DNA from: Octopus sinensis
Taxonomy: Eukaryota
Assembly: GCF_006345805.1 (NCBI RefSeq)
Contig: NC_043005.1
Coordinates: forward strand, 42,532,001-42,596,000
Length of the DNA stretch: 64,000 nt
Reading direction: 5' to 3'
The notes beneath the pieces were generated by a model. The model ran no database searches and was not told the DNA's origin. It saw only the letters and a list, made by a program, of their open reading frames with translations. The translations under genes were made by a program, and so were the position numbers. Positions 52,021 through 64,000 of the stretch are shown piece by piece. Numbering within the stretch: position 1 is the first letter of the stretch; every line of letters starts with the position of its first letter.

Positions 52021-52409
52021 TCACCTCCACCCCCATTTAAAAATATTTTTTGTTATTTCTTTCTTTTCCCATAATTTTAGATAACATTTTGCAGAAATAC
52101 GTTTGCGAGAGAGCATGGATTATATTGGATTGAAAATTCATAGAAGTTTGAAATGAATAAGTGAAAATGCAGAGGTCATAGAAGTTGGAGTGGTACTGAA
52201 GTCAGTAACGAAATAAAGAATGATAAATAATTAATCTAAAAAAAAACACGTTAGTTTGTGTATGTGTATGAAACAAGTAAAAGTATAATATTAAAGCAAA
52301 AATATATTTTTCATACCTCTTAAAATCACTGGATATAATATATATAATAATCCCGAATACATTTTCCCTTTGCAATTTTTGGCGCCGAAATGTGTTACAT
52401 TTTTGTGTG

Positions 52410-52473
<64 letters not shown>

Positions 52474-52564
52474 AGAGAAAGAAAGATTGAGTGGGTGACG
52501 AAGTTTACCTAAACATTGAATGGCTAACAATCTATCATAATTATATATCATCATTATATATCAT

Positions 52565-52830
52565 CATACATCATCATCATCATCATTTAACGTCTGCTTT
52601 CCATGATGGCATGGGTTGGACGGTTTGACTGAGGACTAACAAGCCAGGAGGTTGCAATGGGATTGCAGTCTGTTCTGGCAAGGTTTCTACAGCTGGATGC
52701 CCTTTCTAACGTCAACCACTCCGAGAGTGTATTGGGTGCTTTTCAAGTGTGACTGGCCCGGGGGACAGTCAGTTGGCACAGGCATCGATCATACTCGAAT
52801 GGTACTTTTTACGTGCCGCTGGCATTGGCA
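52565..52830 (-). mobile_element. Retroposon 3' fragment with (GAT)n tail, RTE-associated type
   Basis: (ATC)n followed by TTTAACGTC...TTTCTACAGCTGGATGCCCTTTCTAACGTCAACCAC. The classification is from recalled motif similarity. Confidence 0.5.
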
Positions 52831-53524
52831 GAATAGCGGGGATTGGTTTCTCCATCCTCTCTTTTTTCCGAAAAACGTAACGAGTTTGCAGCATATTAGG
52901 AGGTCAGGGTACTTGATTTCCGAGTTGTTTTTTTTCTTTTTCTTAGTGAAAATCGTACAGGTGAAAGAATCAAATAATACCAACATTTTTGCTGAAATAA
53001 AAGCGTTTAACTAGATCTCTTGTAATCTCTGGAAGAGACTGGAAACCATCACCTATGTGTTGTATTACTACTTCTCAACACCCACGTCTACTGGGCCACC
53101 GAAGCAGCAATGATAATACGAGGGAATGACCAAGAAATTGAAGCGGCTCGAAGTGTCTATATTGGTCATAGGTAGTATATGCAGTCTCTGCTGAGTGAAG
53201 CAAGTCGCGTGAATAAAAGGTGTGAGTAAGAGAAAGACTAAGAGCCATAAACTACCCTGTGAAGACACAGCTTTTGAAGTGATATTCGGTGACGGAGAGA
53301 CCGATATTTCTTAGTGAAAGACGATGATGACACCCAGATGAGATATGTTTCATAGTTCGAAATAGCAAGAGACGATAAATTCAACGACTGCAAACGTAAG
53401 CCACAGTATCTCCCACCCGGCTTGACAGCAAACGACACTTATGACAAGGAGGACAGGAATCACCAGCATCTCATCATGAAGATATTCGTCATCGTTTATG
53501 AAACTGCTCCTTCTCTTTCCCTCA

Positions 53525-53654
53525 CTATCATCATCGTCATCATCATCATCGTCGTCGTAGTCGTCGTTGTCGTCATCATCATCACCATCGTCATCATCAT
53601 CATCATCATCATCATTATCATCATCACCATCATCATCATCATCACCATCGTCAC

Positions 53655-53689
<35 letters not shown>

Positions 53690-54364
53690 CCATCGTCATC
53701 ATCATCATCATCATCATCACCATCATCATCATCACCATCGTCACCATCGTCGTCATCATCATCATCATCATCATCACCATCGTCATCATCATCATCATCA
53801 TCATCACCATCATCATCATCACCATCGTCACCATCGTCGTCATCATCATCACCATCATCATCATCACCATCGTCACCATCGTCATCATCATCATCATCAT
53901 CATCATTATCCTCAATATCAGTCTCCGCGTCGCGCTCCTCCCCTTCCTCCTTCTCTTCTCCTCATCATCAACATCCCCATCCTCCCCATTATCATCATCA
54001 ACATCCACATCCTCCTCATCCTCATCATCATTCTCCTCGCATTCCTCCTCTTCCTCCTCTTCCTCTTATTCCTCCTCCTCTTCCTCCTCTTCTACCTCCT
54101 CTTCCTCCTCTTTTTCCTCCTCTTCCTCCTCCTCCTTCTCATCTTCCTCCTCCTACTCATTATCATCATAAACATCCACATCCTCCTCATCCTCATCATC
54201 ATTCTCCTCGCATTCCTCCTCTTCCTCCTCTTCCTCTTATTCCTCCTCCTCTTCCTCCTCTTCCTCCTCCTCTTCCTCCTCCACCTCCTCATTATCATCA
54301 CCCTCGTCGTCATCGCCGTTATCATCATGATCATCATCATCAACATCGTCATCGTCATCATCAC

Positions 54365-54396
<32 letters not shown>

Positions 54397-54440
54397 CCAC
54401 CATCATCATCATCATCATCATCATCATCACCGACAGCAAC
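53525..54440. repeat. Long degenerate (ATC)n/(TCC)n low-complexity tract
   Basis: Direct inspection. Source of the 249-, 170- and 295-aa homopolymeric ORFs. Confidence 0.95.
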
Positions 54441-54584
54441 AACATCAACACTAACAGCAACGGCAAAGACTGTTAGAGGGAAGCTATAACAACAGCAACT
54501 TCAAAAATACCCTTTTACAATAACCTCGAAAGTAGCAATAAAAAGTAACAACAATGGCGATATGACTACGATGACAACAGCAGC

Positions 54585-54616
<32 letters not shown>

Positions 54617-55033
54617 AAAGAAGCAAAACAAACGACGACGATGATGATGACGACAACGATGACGACAACGATGACGACAACATTGACGACATCAACAACA
54701 CTGACAGCAACAACTTGATACTTACAACAATGATAATGATTAAGAATAGTGATGTCGGTTCTATGACGACATTAAGCATCAAGAAAAAAGCAACATAAGA
54801 TCCTGTGTATATCACAGTGAGTCATGACAAAATACGTATATTGACAATATCAGTTAAACAAACATAAAACAAGCGGTCATAAATAAAGCATACATCAACG
54901 AAAAACAGCTGTAAACAACAATAACAAAAAGAAATACAAGCGAAAAGTTAAAGTGAAAGTGAAAGCAAATATATATAAATATTGATATGATGAGAAAATA
55001 AGTATTACACACGCACATAAATATATATATATA

Positions 55034-55778
55034 AATGCATACTCTGTGAAGACATACAATTGTAGATTTTTAGGGCATACATATGTATGTAAAGATCAAT
55101 ATATGTCTGCATGTATAAAATATATGTGTATGTGTGTGACTTGAGTGATATGTTGCGCGTTAGAGTGTGTCAGTGGGTGGGTGTGTGCATTCATTTACTT
55201 GTTTCAGTCATTTGACTGTGGTCATGCTGGTGTCGAACAAATCGACTCCAGGACTTATTCTATTGGTCTTTTTGCCGAACCGCTAAATTTAGGGTTGCCA
55301 AGCAATGGTGAAGGTACAAGCACAGACACACACACACAAACATATACACGCGCGCGCGCGCACACACACACACACACATATATATATGTATATATATACA
55401 TACATACATACATACATACATGCATACATATATATATATATATATAATGCATACTCTGTGAAGACATACAATTGTAGATTTTTAGGGCATACATATGTAT
55501 GTAAAGATCAATATATGTCTGCATGTATAAAATATATGTGTATGTGTGTGACTTGAGTGATATGTTGCGCGTTAGAGTGTGTGTCAGTGGGTGGGTGTGT
55601 GCATTCATTTACTTGTTTCAGTCATTTGACTGTGGTCATGCTGGTGTCGAACAAATCGACTCCAGGACTTATTCTATTGGTCTTTTTGCCGAACCGCTAA
55701 ATTTAGGGTTGCCAAGCAATGGTGAAGGTACAAGCACAGACACACACACACAAACATATACACGCGCGCGCACGCGCG

Positions 55779-55811
<33 letters not shown>

Positions 55812-55842
55812 GTATATATATACATACATACATACATACATG

Positions 55843-55860
<18 letters not shown>
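55034..55860. repeat. Direct tandem duplication, period ~412 bp, containing a SINE A 3' half
   Basis: AATGCATACTCTGTGAAGAC starts at 55034 and 55446. The copies differ mainly in microsatellite lengths. Confidence 0.95.
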
Positions 55861-55905
<45 letters not shown>

Positions 55906-56152
55906 GATGGGCTTCTTTCAGTTTCCGTCTACCAAATCCACTCACAAGGCTTTGGTCGGCCCGAGGCTATAGTAGAAGACCCTTGTCGAGGAATTGGACC
56001 TGGAACCATGTGGTTAGGAAGGGAGCTTCTTACCACACAGCCACGCTTCCCCTATATATATATGATGTGGTTGGCGAATATTGCAGATTTACTATGTTTG
56101 TCGTATCTAAAAGAATGGAGGTGTGCGGCATATCGTCGCTTAACATTTTTGG

Positions 56153-56420
56153 TTGATCCTATGTAATTACAACAAACCTAGTAATTCTACAACACTCGCC
56201 AACCACATACATCATCTAAAAAGTACAAATATATCCTACACTCTATCATGGTCCATACTGGATTCAGGGTTTTCCTACCGATGTCAACGCTCACCCTGCA
56301 AGTTTTGCTTGAAGGAGCCACTTCATATATTAAAGTGCAACTCTCCAGCACTGCTAAATAAACATAACGAGGCACTAAGCACATGCAACCACCGCCTTTT
56401 TCAGACATTCAAATTCTACC
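56153..56420 (+). mobile_element. Penelope-like GIY-YIG endonuclease C-terminal remnant
   Basis: TTLANHIHHLKSTNISYTLSWSIL...CKFCLKEPLHIL...LLNKHNEALSTCNH fits the PLE pattern T.L..H...LK...Y...W.IL...C.LCL.E...LLN.R.E....C.H. Confidence 0.8.
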
Positions 56421-57547
56421 ACAAATCCCAATGCCTAAATGACCGTACAGTATATTTCAACAATACCCCTTAAGTATTCCCAATAACCTTACAAATCTAT
56501 ATTTTAACTCCTAAGCTCACTCATACTCGAATATAACAACCATCTAATTATATTTGTGTGTATATGAGTGCTTGCATATGCGCGTGTATATGTATGTGTG
56601 TGTATGTATGTATGTATGTGAGTATGTGTGAATGTATGTATGTATGCTATATATACCTGCGTGTAGAGGGGCGATAATGCCTACAGATACACGTATATAT
56701 GGATGTGCATGTGTACATATACATATGTGTACGAGTTGTATATGTAGATATTGATATGTATAAATATCTGTATAAATATATATATACACATGTCTAATAT
56801 ATGCATCTGTATACATCTTCACATATATATTTTCTTCTACTACTAAACACTGACCTGCCTAACCACCTAATCTATATTCCTAAATTCTTCATTCTTCCAT
56901 ATTACTACCCCTCTCTCTGCCCCATCACTTAGACTCTCACTACATAACTGACACTTCTTTACCTTTTACACTATTATACCTTTCTCTCTATCAACCCCAT
57001 TCCTTTTATCTGACATTCCTTTACTCTTTACCCTATCATCTTTTTACACTCTAATATCTTTCTCTTTGTATCATCCTCATCTCCCCATTCCTATTTCAAG
57101 TTATCTTGACTGACCACTAACTGGTACACTTTCCTTGTCTTCATCTCTTTATTATCTTTCTCGTTTTTTTTCTTTTTTTTCTTTAATTTATTCCACTCTT
57201 CCTGTTTTTTATTTTCTTCTTTTTTCTTCTCTTTTTCTCTTTCTTTATCCCTCTCTTCCTGTTTTCGATTTGACCTTACAAATACATTCCCTACTTTCAG
57301 GTCACTTTAAATAAAACCCTCCATTCAATAGCCTGTGTACAAACTCTATACTTGGAATGACCAATTTTAAATACTATTGGAATTTACGCACAAGGTATTG
57401 GAATCTCATATGCATACCATTCTGCCTAAATAATGGATCTACAAATGCAATATTCCTGTATATCACACATCTATTTTCATTCCTCTACTTCACTCTCTAT
57501 TTCGTGTCTTATCTAAATTAAGCATTGCTTAACCATTTTCTCACACC

Positions 57548-57595
57548 GTCTCCGATGAAGGGATATAATAAATATCCTGGAAACAGCTGTAAGAC
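57548..57595 (+). ncRNA. Minimal type I hammerhead ribozyme (PLE-type), core variant CCGAUGA
   Basis: GTCT-CCGATGA-AG GGATAT aataa ATATCC TG-GAAA-CAGCTG-TA-AGAC. Stem I is GTCT/AGAC, stem II is 6+ bp, and a palindrome replaces stem III. Confidence 0.7.
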
Positions 57596-57660
57596 AGCTA
57601 TTTATAAATGTCCTAAAATCTTCACAGCCTCGGTTTTTTTTTTATCTCATTCTGAAAATG

Positions 57661-57701
<41 letters not shown>

Positions 57702-57709
57702 GTGTGTGC

Positions 57710-57764
<55 letters not shown>

Positions 57765-57908
57765 AAACATGTCCTACAGTTATGGAACAGAGAGAGAAGG
57801 GGTGACAGAGTAGAGAAGGAAAAGGGAGAAAAATAAAGACATAAAGCATGATAGAGAATACATAAGGTCACAGCAATTTAAACAACATAGCAATATACAA
57901 GAAAAGTA

Positions 57909-58128
57909 AGGCGGCAAGATGGCAGAATCGTTAGCACGACGGGTGTAATACTTGAGAGTGTTTCATCCATATTTACGTTTTTTGAGTTCAAAACCTATTG
58001 GGGTCGACTTTGCCATTCATCCTTTCGCATGTCGGAAAAATAAAAACCAGTTGAACGCTGGAGTTTTTGTAATTAATTTAAACCTCCACCGAAATTTCTG
58101 GGCTTGTTCCGAAATTTGAAACCAATAT
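57909..58128 (+). mobile_element. Degenerate SINE C2
   Basis: Family similarity. Confidence 0.65.
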
Positions 58129-58506
58129 GTATGAAAAGTAAGATATTAGCGCTAGTCTCAAACTTTCTCTCTGTCTCCCCATCCTTCTTTCTACTCTGTC
58201 GCATCTATCTTTCTACTGTATTTCCTTACGTTCCAAGCATGCCAAATCTCTTACTTTTGGTCAACTTTCTCATCTCAGTTCATCCAGCAAGCATACCAGT
58301 TTATCATCTCTCCACTATTACCTTGATTTACTCGTGCGCTTTTACAGTGCCTTATTCAAGCGTCACGCATATTTCCTATTGTTTTGTATTATTTAGTTAT
58401 ATTTTGATCGTTAAAGATTAATTTTTTGTGTTTCTTGTCCTTGCAGCCAAAGCTAAACCGTGTGTATGTAAGTGCATGCATACATACAGACAGACATACA
58501 TGTATG

Positions 58507-58598
<92 letters not shown>

Positions 58599-58645
58599 GT
58601 ATAATATATATATATACATATATATGTGTATATATATATATATAC

Positions 58646-58695
<50 letters not shown>

Positions 58696-59015
58696 TACAG
58701 ACAGATGAACACACACATACACATTTCCTCACAGACACATCAATTTCGTTCTATGTAATTTATATACGTATATCAAAATGTCAGTTTGCAAATATTAGGG
58801 AAATTATTGTTTCATATCGCATAAAAGTAATTAAAGATAATAAAATTCAGCTAGAAGAATACTCCAGCACAAGGTCAAGTCCTTGTTGTGGCGTTGTGTG
58901 GTGTGGTGTTGTGTCGTGTTTGACTCAATTACTCTGAGAGCTATTCCAGCTGAGTTTAAGCACCATCATGGTAGGAGTTCAAGCTCCTACCATGCTAGAC
59001 ATTATAGGCTTTTTT

Positions 59016-59205
59016 CCGAGAAATCTAATGCGCTTGGCTTAGATTTTCCTTTGGGGCTGGCCAGATCGGAGCAATCTCAAGATTAATCAGCCGAAATTGC
59101 GAGGATGATCCGGTTCTCGAATGAAGATTGAAGGCTTCGAATGTCCCGTCCGTGTTTTTTGTATCGTCTTCTAAATGTTTTCCGTTCTTGTCCCAGTTTG
59201 TATTT
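59016..59205 (+). repeat. Interspersed repeat, copy 1 of a direct pair
   Basis: About 5 differences from 61035-61220 over ~185 nt. Confidence 0.9.
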
Positions 59206-60751
59206 TTTTACATATATATATATATATATGTAGGAGCCAGTTTAATATGGACCTTCAGTTTTCAGAAGAATAAATGGTTTTTCGTAGGGCCAACTATTAG
59301 AAACAATTAGAAACAAAACACTGTTATAGAAGCATCGATGACATTTCAGAGCTAACAAGATCCAGGAGAGAACAGTGCAGAATAAAGAATAGTGTAGAGA
59401 AGTCGTCAATGGACCATACTCCATAGGAAGCAAACTGCTCGAGTAAGCAGCAAGAATACTGTAAGAACAATGGGCAGCAGCAATATCTATAGTAGATATC
59501 AATGACTGAAATTACTGACAAACAGGATGCTATGCAAAAGCACAAGTGATTGTAAACATGCTTAACCAAGAAGGCTAACTTTCGATTGATTTTAGAGAAA
59601 ATAATGACACCTTTGGTGAGAAACGGGATATGAAAGACAGAAATATCGTATCTGTTTGGTATATACTTTCTATCATATCAAAAGCAGATGTATCAGCGAA
59701 ATCCTCCTCATATCACACCCTACCATTTTTAAACATTGTATAATGTAGAGCGAGGTATATGTTATATCTAAAAATTTAAAAAAATGGCCGACTCAATCTA
59801 GACAGATCTGGTGGTTAAATAATCGCATAAGAAAGAAACTCGTGACACGTTTAGGAGTAGCGATGTACTAATATGCTGAAACTGGTTGATTAGACAATCA
59901 GAAAATATTTCGCTCAAAAAGTAAACGCAGAAAAGAATCCGAATTATAATATTCCCTGTTGTTAACCTAACGAAACCACAAAGCGACCCAATAACTGTAA
60001 ATTATATATATTTTCTGAGAAAATCCGAGTCAATGGGAGAAATAAATTTACAGCTATTTATAAAAAAGATAAATAAAACTAGTGTCTGATATGATGGAAA
60101 GTATGCACAGAAGTAAGATATATGATCCGTGCCAATTACGTATAATAGTACAGATAATATTGTCATAAATAAAAGCAATTTAATCGTTGTTTAATGTATA
60201 TAATTTACTGGAATAAACTCATTTATATTCGATTTGGAAATAATCCCATCATTTTCCTACATGATAATTGAATTTTTGATTTTCGTTTCATCCTACATAT
60301 GAATGATGACAAATACATACACCACTGTTAATCGATATTGTATAGACACGTATAAGAAACATCAAAATGAACAAAAAGTGATGGAAAGCATAAGCCCATT
60401 TTCTACTTTCAAGTTCACTTTTTGTGTCGATTCAAAACTCTGCTTAAAATATAAAAACAAACTCACACTCTTCTATGTTCTATATATATATATATATATA
60501 ATTATTTAAGCATTAGATGTGAACCTAACAGTTATCCGATGAAGCACGTTCATTGCATATGGCTACCTTACGCCATCCACGTTATTTACACTATTGTTAT
60601 TGAATCTACGTTAGGAATTCCTCAGTGTTCGTCGAGTATACACACACACACAGGCACACACACAAGAGTTTAGGAATGGAGTAGATAGGATTCAGGTGAC
60701 ATATGTTTCATAGCGAGCGGAACCTTGGAAGTGGTGTATATCCAAGCTAGG

Positions 60752-60782
<31 letters not shown>

Positions 60783-60924
60783 TGTATGTATGTATGTATG
60801 TATGTATGTATGTATGTATGTTTGTGTGTGCGTGACACCTTGGGCCAGTTTCTTCTACTATAGCCTCGGGCCGACCAAAGTTTGTGAGTGAATTTGGTAG
60901 ATGGAAACTGAAAGAAGCCCATCG

Positions 60925-60956
<32 letters not shown>

Positions 60957-61034
60957 TTTGTTATTTTTGTATTCTTATTCGTGTAACATCGTCCGTTTTT
61001 CCGTCCTTGTTTTGTATACATTCGAGGCTTTCTT

Positions 61035-61220
61035 CCAAGAAATCTAATGCGCTTGGCTTAGATTTTCCTTTGGGGCTGGCCAGATCGGAGCAATCTCAAG
61101 ATTAATCAGCCGAAATTGCGAGGATGATCCGGTTCTTGAAGGAAGATTGAAAGCTTCGAATGTCCCGTCCGTGTTTTTTGTATCGTCTTCTAAATGTTTT
61201 CCGTTCTTGTCTCAGTTTGT
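61035..61220 (+). repeat. Interspersed repeat, copy 2 of a direct pair
   Basis: See 59016-59205. Confidence 0.9.
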
Positions 61221-61355
61221 ATACATATATACGACAGGCTTCTTTCAGTTTCCGTCTACCAAATCCACTCACAAGGCATTGGTCGGCCCGGGGCTATAGC
61301 AGAAGATACTTGCCCAAGATGCCACGCAGTTGGACTGCCCAAGATGCCATGCAAG

Positions 61356-61430
<75 letters not shown>

Positions 61431-61609
61431 CATTATGTGTGCATATGTGTGTGTAGGAGGAGGAGGCGGGGGAGGAGGAGGAGGAGGAGGAGGAGGAGGA
61501 GAAGGAGGAGGAGAGAAAGAGTGAGAGTGATGATGAAATTATGATAAAAGTTTTGATGCTTAAATAGGAAGTATATTATAAATAGCATTACTTATAAACC
61601 AAATTGCTG

Positions 61610-61920
61610 ATGATTTCACTGAGCCTGTGTTTCTAAATTTTCTTATCAAATCCCGCACAATGTCACAATGTGGATCAACAGTATTTGGAAAAGTTTCACT
61701 GAACTTCTGTTTCACAGTATCTGTGTATTTGCTTCCAGCTCAAAACACCCATTCAGCTAAAAGCGTACGTTCTTCAATCCTTAGCATGTCGACACGGTGA
61801 AGGGTACACAATGACTGAGGGACAAGGGCTGACAACAAGCCGCCCACTCATTGATTGTCAAGTTGCGCATGCGCAGGATGAAAAGAATTCACCGCAGAGA
61901 GGCTTTTTGAACATCATGTA
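61610..61920 (-). mobile_element. Tc1/mariner-superfamily 5' fragment with DUF4817-like HTH
   Basis: ATG at 61787: MLRIEERTLLAEWVF*AGSKYTDTVKQKFSETFPNTVDPHCDIVRDLIRKFRNTGSV. Confidence 0.7.
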
Positions 61921-62315
61921 TTTAAACCCTTATTTTTTCTGTAAAACATATTCTCATATTAAATGAGTCATCTTCCGGTACGAATGTTTACGTTTTGTAC
62001 TTCATTTTTCAACAAAAAAAATTCTAAAAAATTACTCATGTAATTTACGCACCTACTAAAGTTTAGTTTTTATTTTTGCGTAGGAAAGTGCATAAATTAC
62101 ATGGGTTTTTACTGTTTAGTCGCTGGCCTGGTTGTACGGTTAGAAAGTTCGTTTCGTAACCAACATATTTACCGGTTCGTTACCACTGAGCGGTACTTTG
62201 GACATGTCTTTTGTATTATAGTTCCGGGACAGCTAATACATTGCGCATGAATTTGGAAGAGGGAAATTACACGAAAACACGAATACACACACACGTATAC
62301 ATACATACATACATA

Positions 62316-62365
<50 letters not shown>

Positions 62366-62611
62366 GTAGGATAAAATTTTTTTCGGAAAAAATTCTTTTC
62401 CCCAAAAATTTTATCAATGGCCAGCATATTAAAAAATACCTTTAAAGGTTAAATTCATAAACAATTCATAAATAAGGGCAAACGAAAAAAATTTCAATGC
62501 CAAATATGCCGAAAAATTGGACATGTTGTCCATAAACCATTAAGTTTTTCACAATCCGCACGCTACTCGAAATAAGGTCGACAGAAATTTCTAAAAAATT
62601 CCATTATTACC

Positions 62612-62666
62612 ATATCGGACCGATTTCAGGGTTAGCTTATAACAGCCCTCCCTTCGTCAGTGATAC
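62612..62666 (-). ncRNA. Type I hammerhead ribozyme (left-arm copy)
   Basis: Exact reverse complement of 62704-62758. Confidence 0.75.
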
Positions 62667-62703
62667 ATGTGGCATAAGAAATAAATGAATTCTTATGCCA
62701 CAT

Positions 62704-62758
62704 GTATCACTGACGAAGGGAGGGCTGTTATAAGCTAACCCTGAAATCGGTCCGATAT
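62704..62758 (+). ncRNA. Type I hammerhead ribozyme (right-arm copy)
   Basis: GTATCA-CTGACGA-AGGG ag GGCT gttata AGCT aa CCCT-GAAA-TCGG-TC-CGATAT. The CUGANGA/GAAA/UH core is canonical, with predicted cleavage after 62752. Confidence 0.75.
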
Positions 62759-62908
62759 GGTAATCATGGAATTTTTTAGAAATTTCTGTCGACCTTTTTT
62801 CGAGTAGCGTGTGGATTGTGAAAAACTTAATGGTTTATGGACAACATGTCCAATTTTTCGGCATATTTGGCATTGAAATTTTTTTCGTTTGCCCTTATTT
62901 ATGAATTG

Positions 62909-62978
<70 letters not shown>

Positions 62979-63059
62979 TATACATACATTCACACGCACA
63001 GTCACACACATATATATATACATACACGCAGATATACACATTGTGTGTACGTATGTGTC

Positions 63060-63265
63060 TTTGTCTTTATCTGTCACTGCTGGACAACCAATGATGGCTT
63101 CCTTACCTCCGTAATTTAGTATTTGGTCCAAAAGAAATTGATAGAATAAGTACAAAGCTTCACAGAATAAATACTGAATAAATTTTATATTGAATAACCG
63201 TTCAAGCTTGTGCCCCAGCACGGCTACAGTCCAGTGGCCGAAAGACAAACGATTAAAAGGATAGA
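63060..63265 (+). mobile_element. Degenerate SINE A 3' half
   Basis: Family similarity. Confidence 0.6.
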
Positions 63266-64000
63266 AGGCAATTTGTCAGCAGCATTTTTTATAAATAAAT
63301 GATACGAACGTAAAATTACCGCTCCATTTTATTGCCTTCCATCTCGCCATGTTGCATGGGATAAAGATCGCAGTTACTTATAAATTATCTGAAACGAATT
63401 TTTTCCATACATGTTAAAAGAAAATACTCGAATTGAGCAAATATTAAGAAAAAGGGAGAGAAATTACTTTCCCAGTCTCGTGGTTTGTTGTTTCTCAATA
63501 AAATTCTTTTGCTTTGAGATGAAATGGTAGTCTCTACTTGGTCGCTAAAAATGTTAGCGATAATAGCCGAATTCTCTGAAATAACACGTTATCATTGATG
63601 GAAGGATATTTTGACCAATGTAGTTCAAGATATGAAATAAAGACGAAACAATTTTAATTGAAATATATCTCTTCATAAGTCTACTCGTCAGGAATCGATC
63701 TGAGGTTAAGTAACAACAAATTTTTATTAGGTTTGGATAGGTTTTATTTTGTTATAATTTTTTAATAATAATTGTTATAATTTATTGACTGGAACAAGAT
63801 CGAAACAACTCCAGTAATCCTTCTCCTACCCTTCATTTTTCACTCACTCTTGCTAGACTTAGAGAAACTGTATTAAGCGGTTATGCATTCGGTCAACTTG
63901 TAGTTTCAAAGTTGATGTTTCTCTTAAGGCCACAATACTTATTCGTGTTATGAGAAGACACCTAGGAATATTTTACAATCCATTGTACTTCAAGCAAGGA

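Larger units (their letters stand above)
62461..62909. repeat. Foldback palindrome: 220-bp arms, 9-nt loop, 3 mismatches
   Basis: 62461-62680 is the reverse complement of 62690-62909. Confidence 0.95.

Noticed and set aside
53422-54466. The longest ORFs (249, 170 and 295 aa)
   Set aside because: Open only because (ATC)n/(TCC)n lack stops in several frames. The products are homopolymeric.
59016-59095. Minus-strand CTGATTA...GAAA-ATCTAA/TTAGAT-TT as a hammerhead
   Set aside because: G8 is missing and stem I does not pair convincingly.

Overview
AT-rich eukaryotic (animal) DNA saturated with microsatellites and short retroposons. The repeat content resembles an octopod cephalopod genome such as Octopus; this is pattern recognition, not a database result. 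I found no intact protein-coding gene: nearly all supplied ORFs are microsatellite read-throughs or decayed transposon fragments. Identifiable content: three tRNA-derived SINE families plus CORE-like variants; LINE remnants (L1/Tx1, R4/Dong-type RLE, RTE); Penelope-like remnants (RT, GIY-YIG end, hammerhead ribozymes); Tc1/mariner, pogo-type and Chapaev3-like remnants and MITEs; a Helitron 3' end; and a tRNA-Asp pseudogene. Highlights: (1) an 11,184-bp inversion (36512-47695) between two oppositely oriented copies of a young ~880-bp MITE, shown by reciprocally swapped 8-bp target-site duplications and a LINE split across the two breakpoints; (2) a 449-bp near-perfect foldback carrying one hammerhead ribozyme per strand; (3) a non-coding retroposon that inserts serially into (AAT)n; (4) a SINE tail matching the reconstructed 3' end of the Tx1-like LINE.
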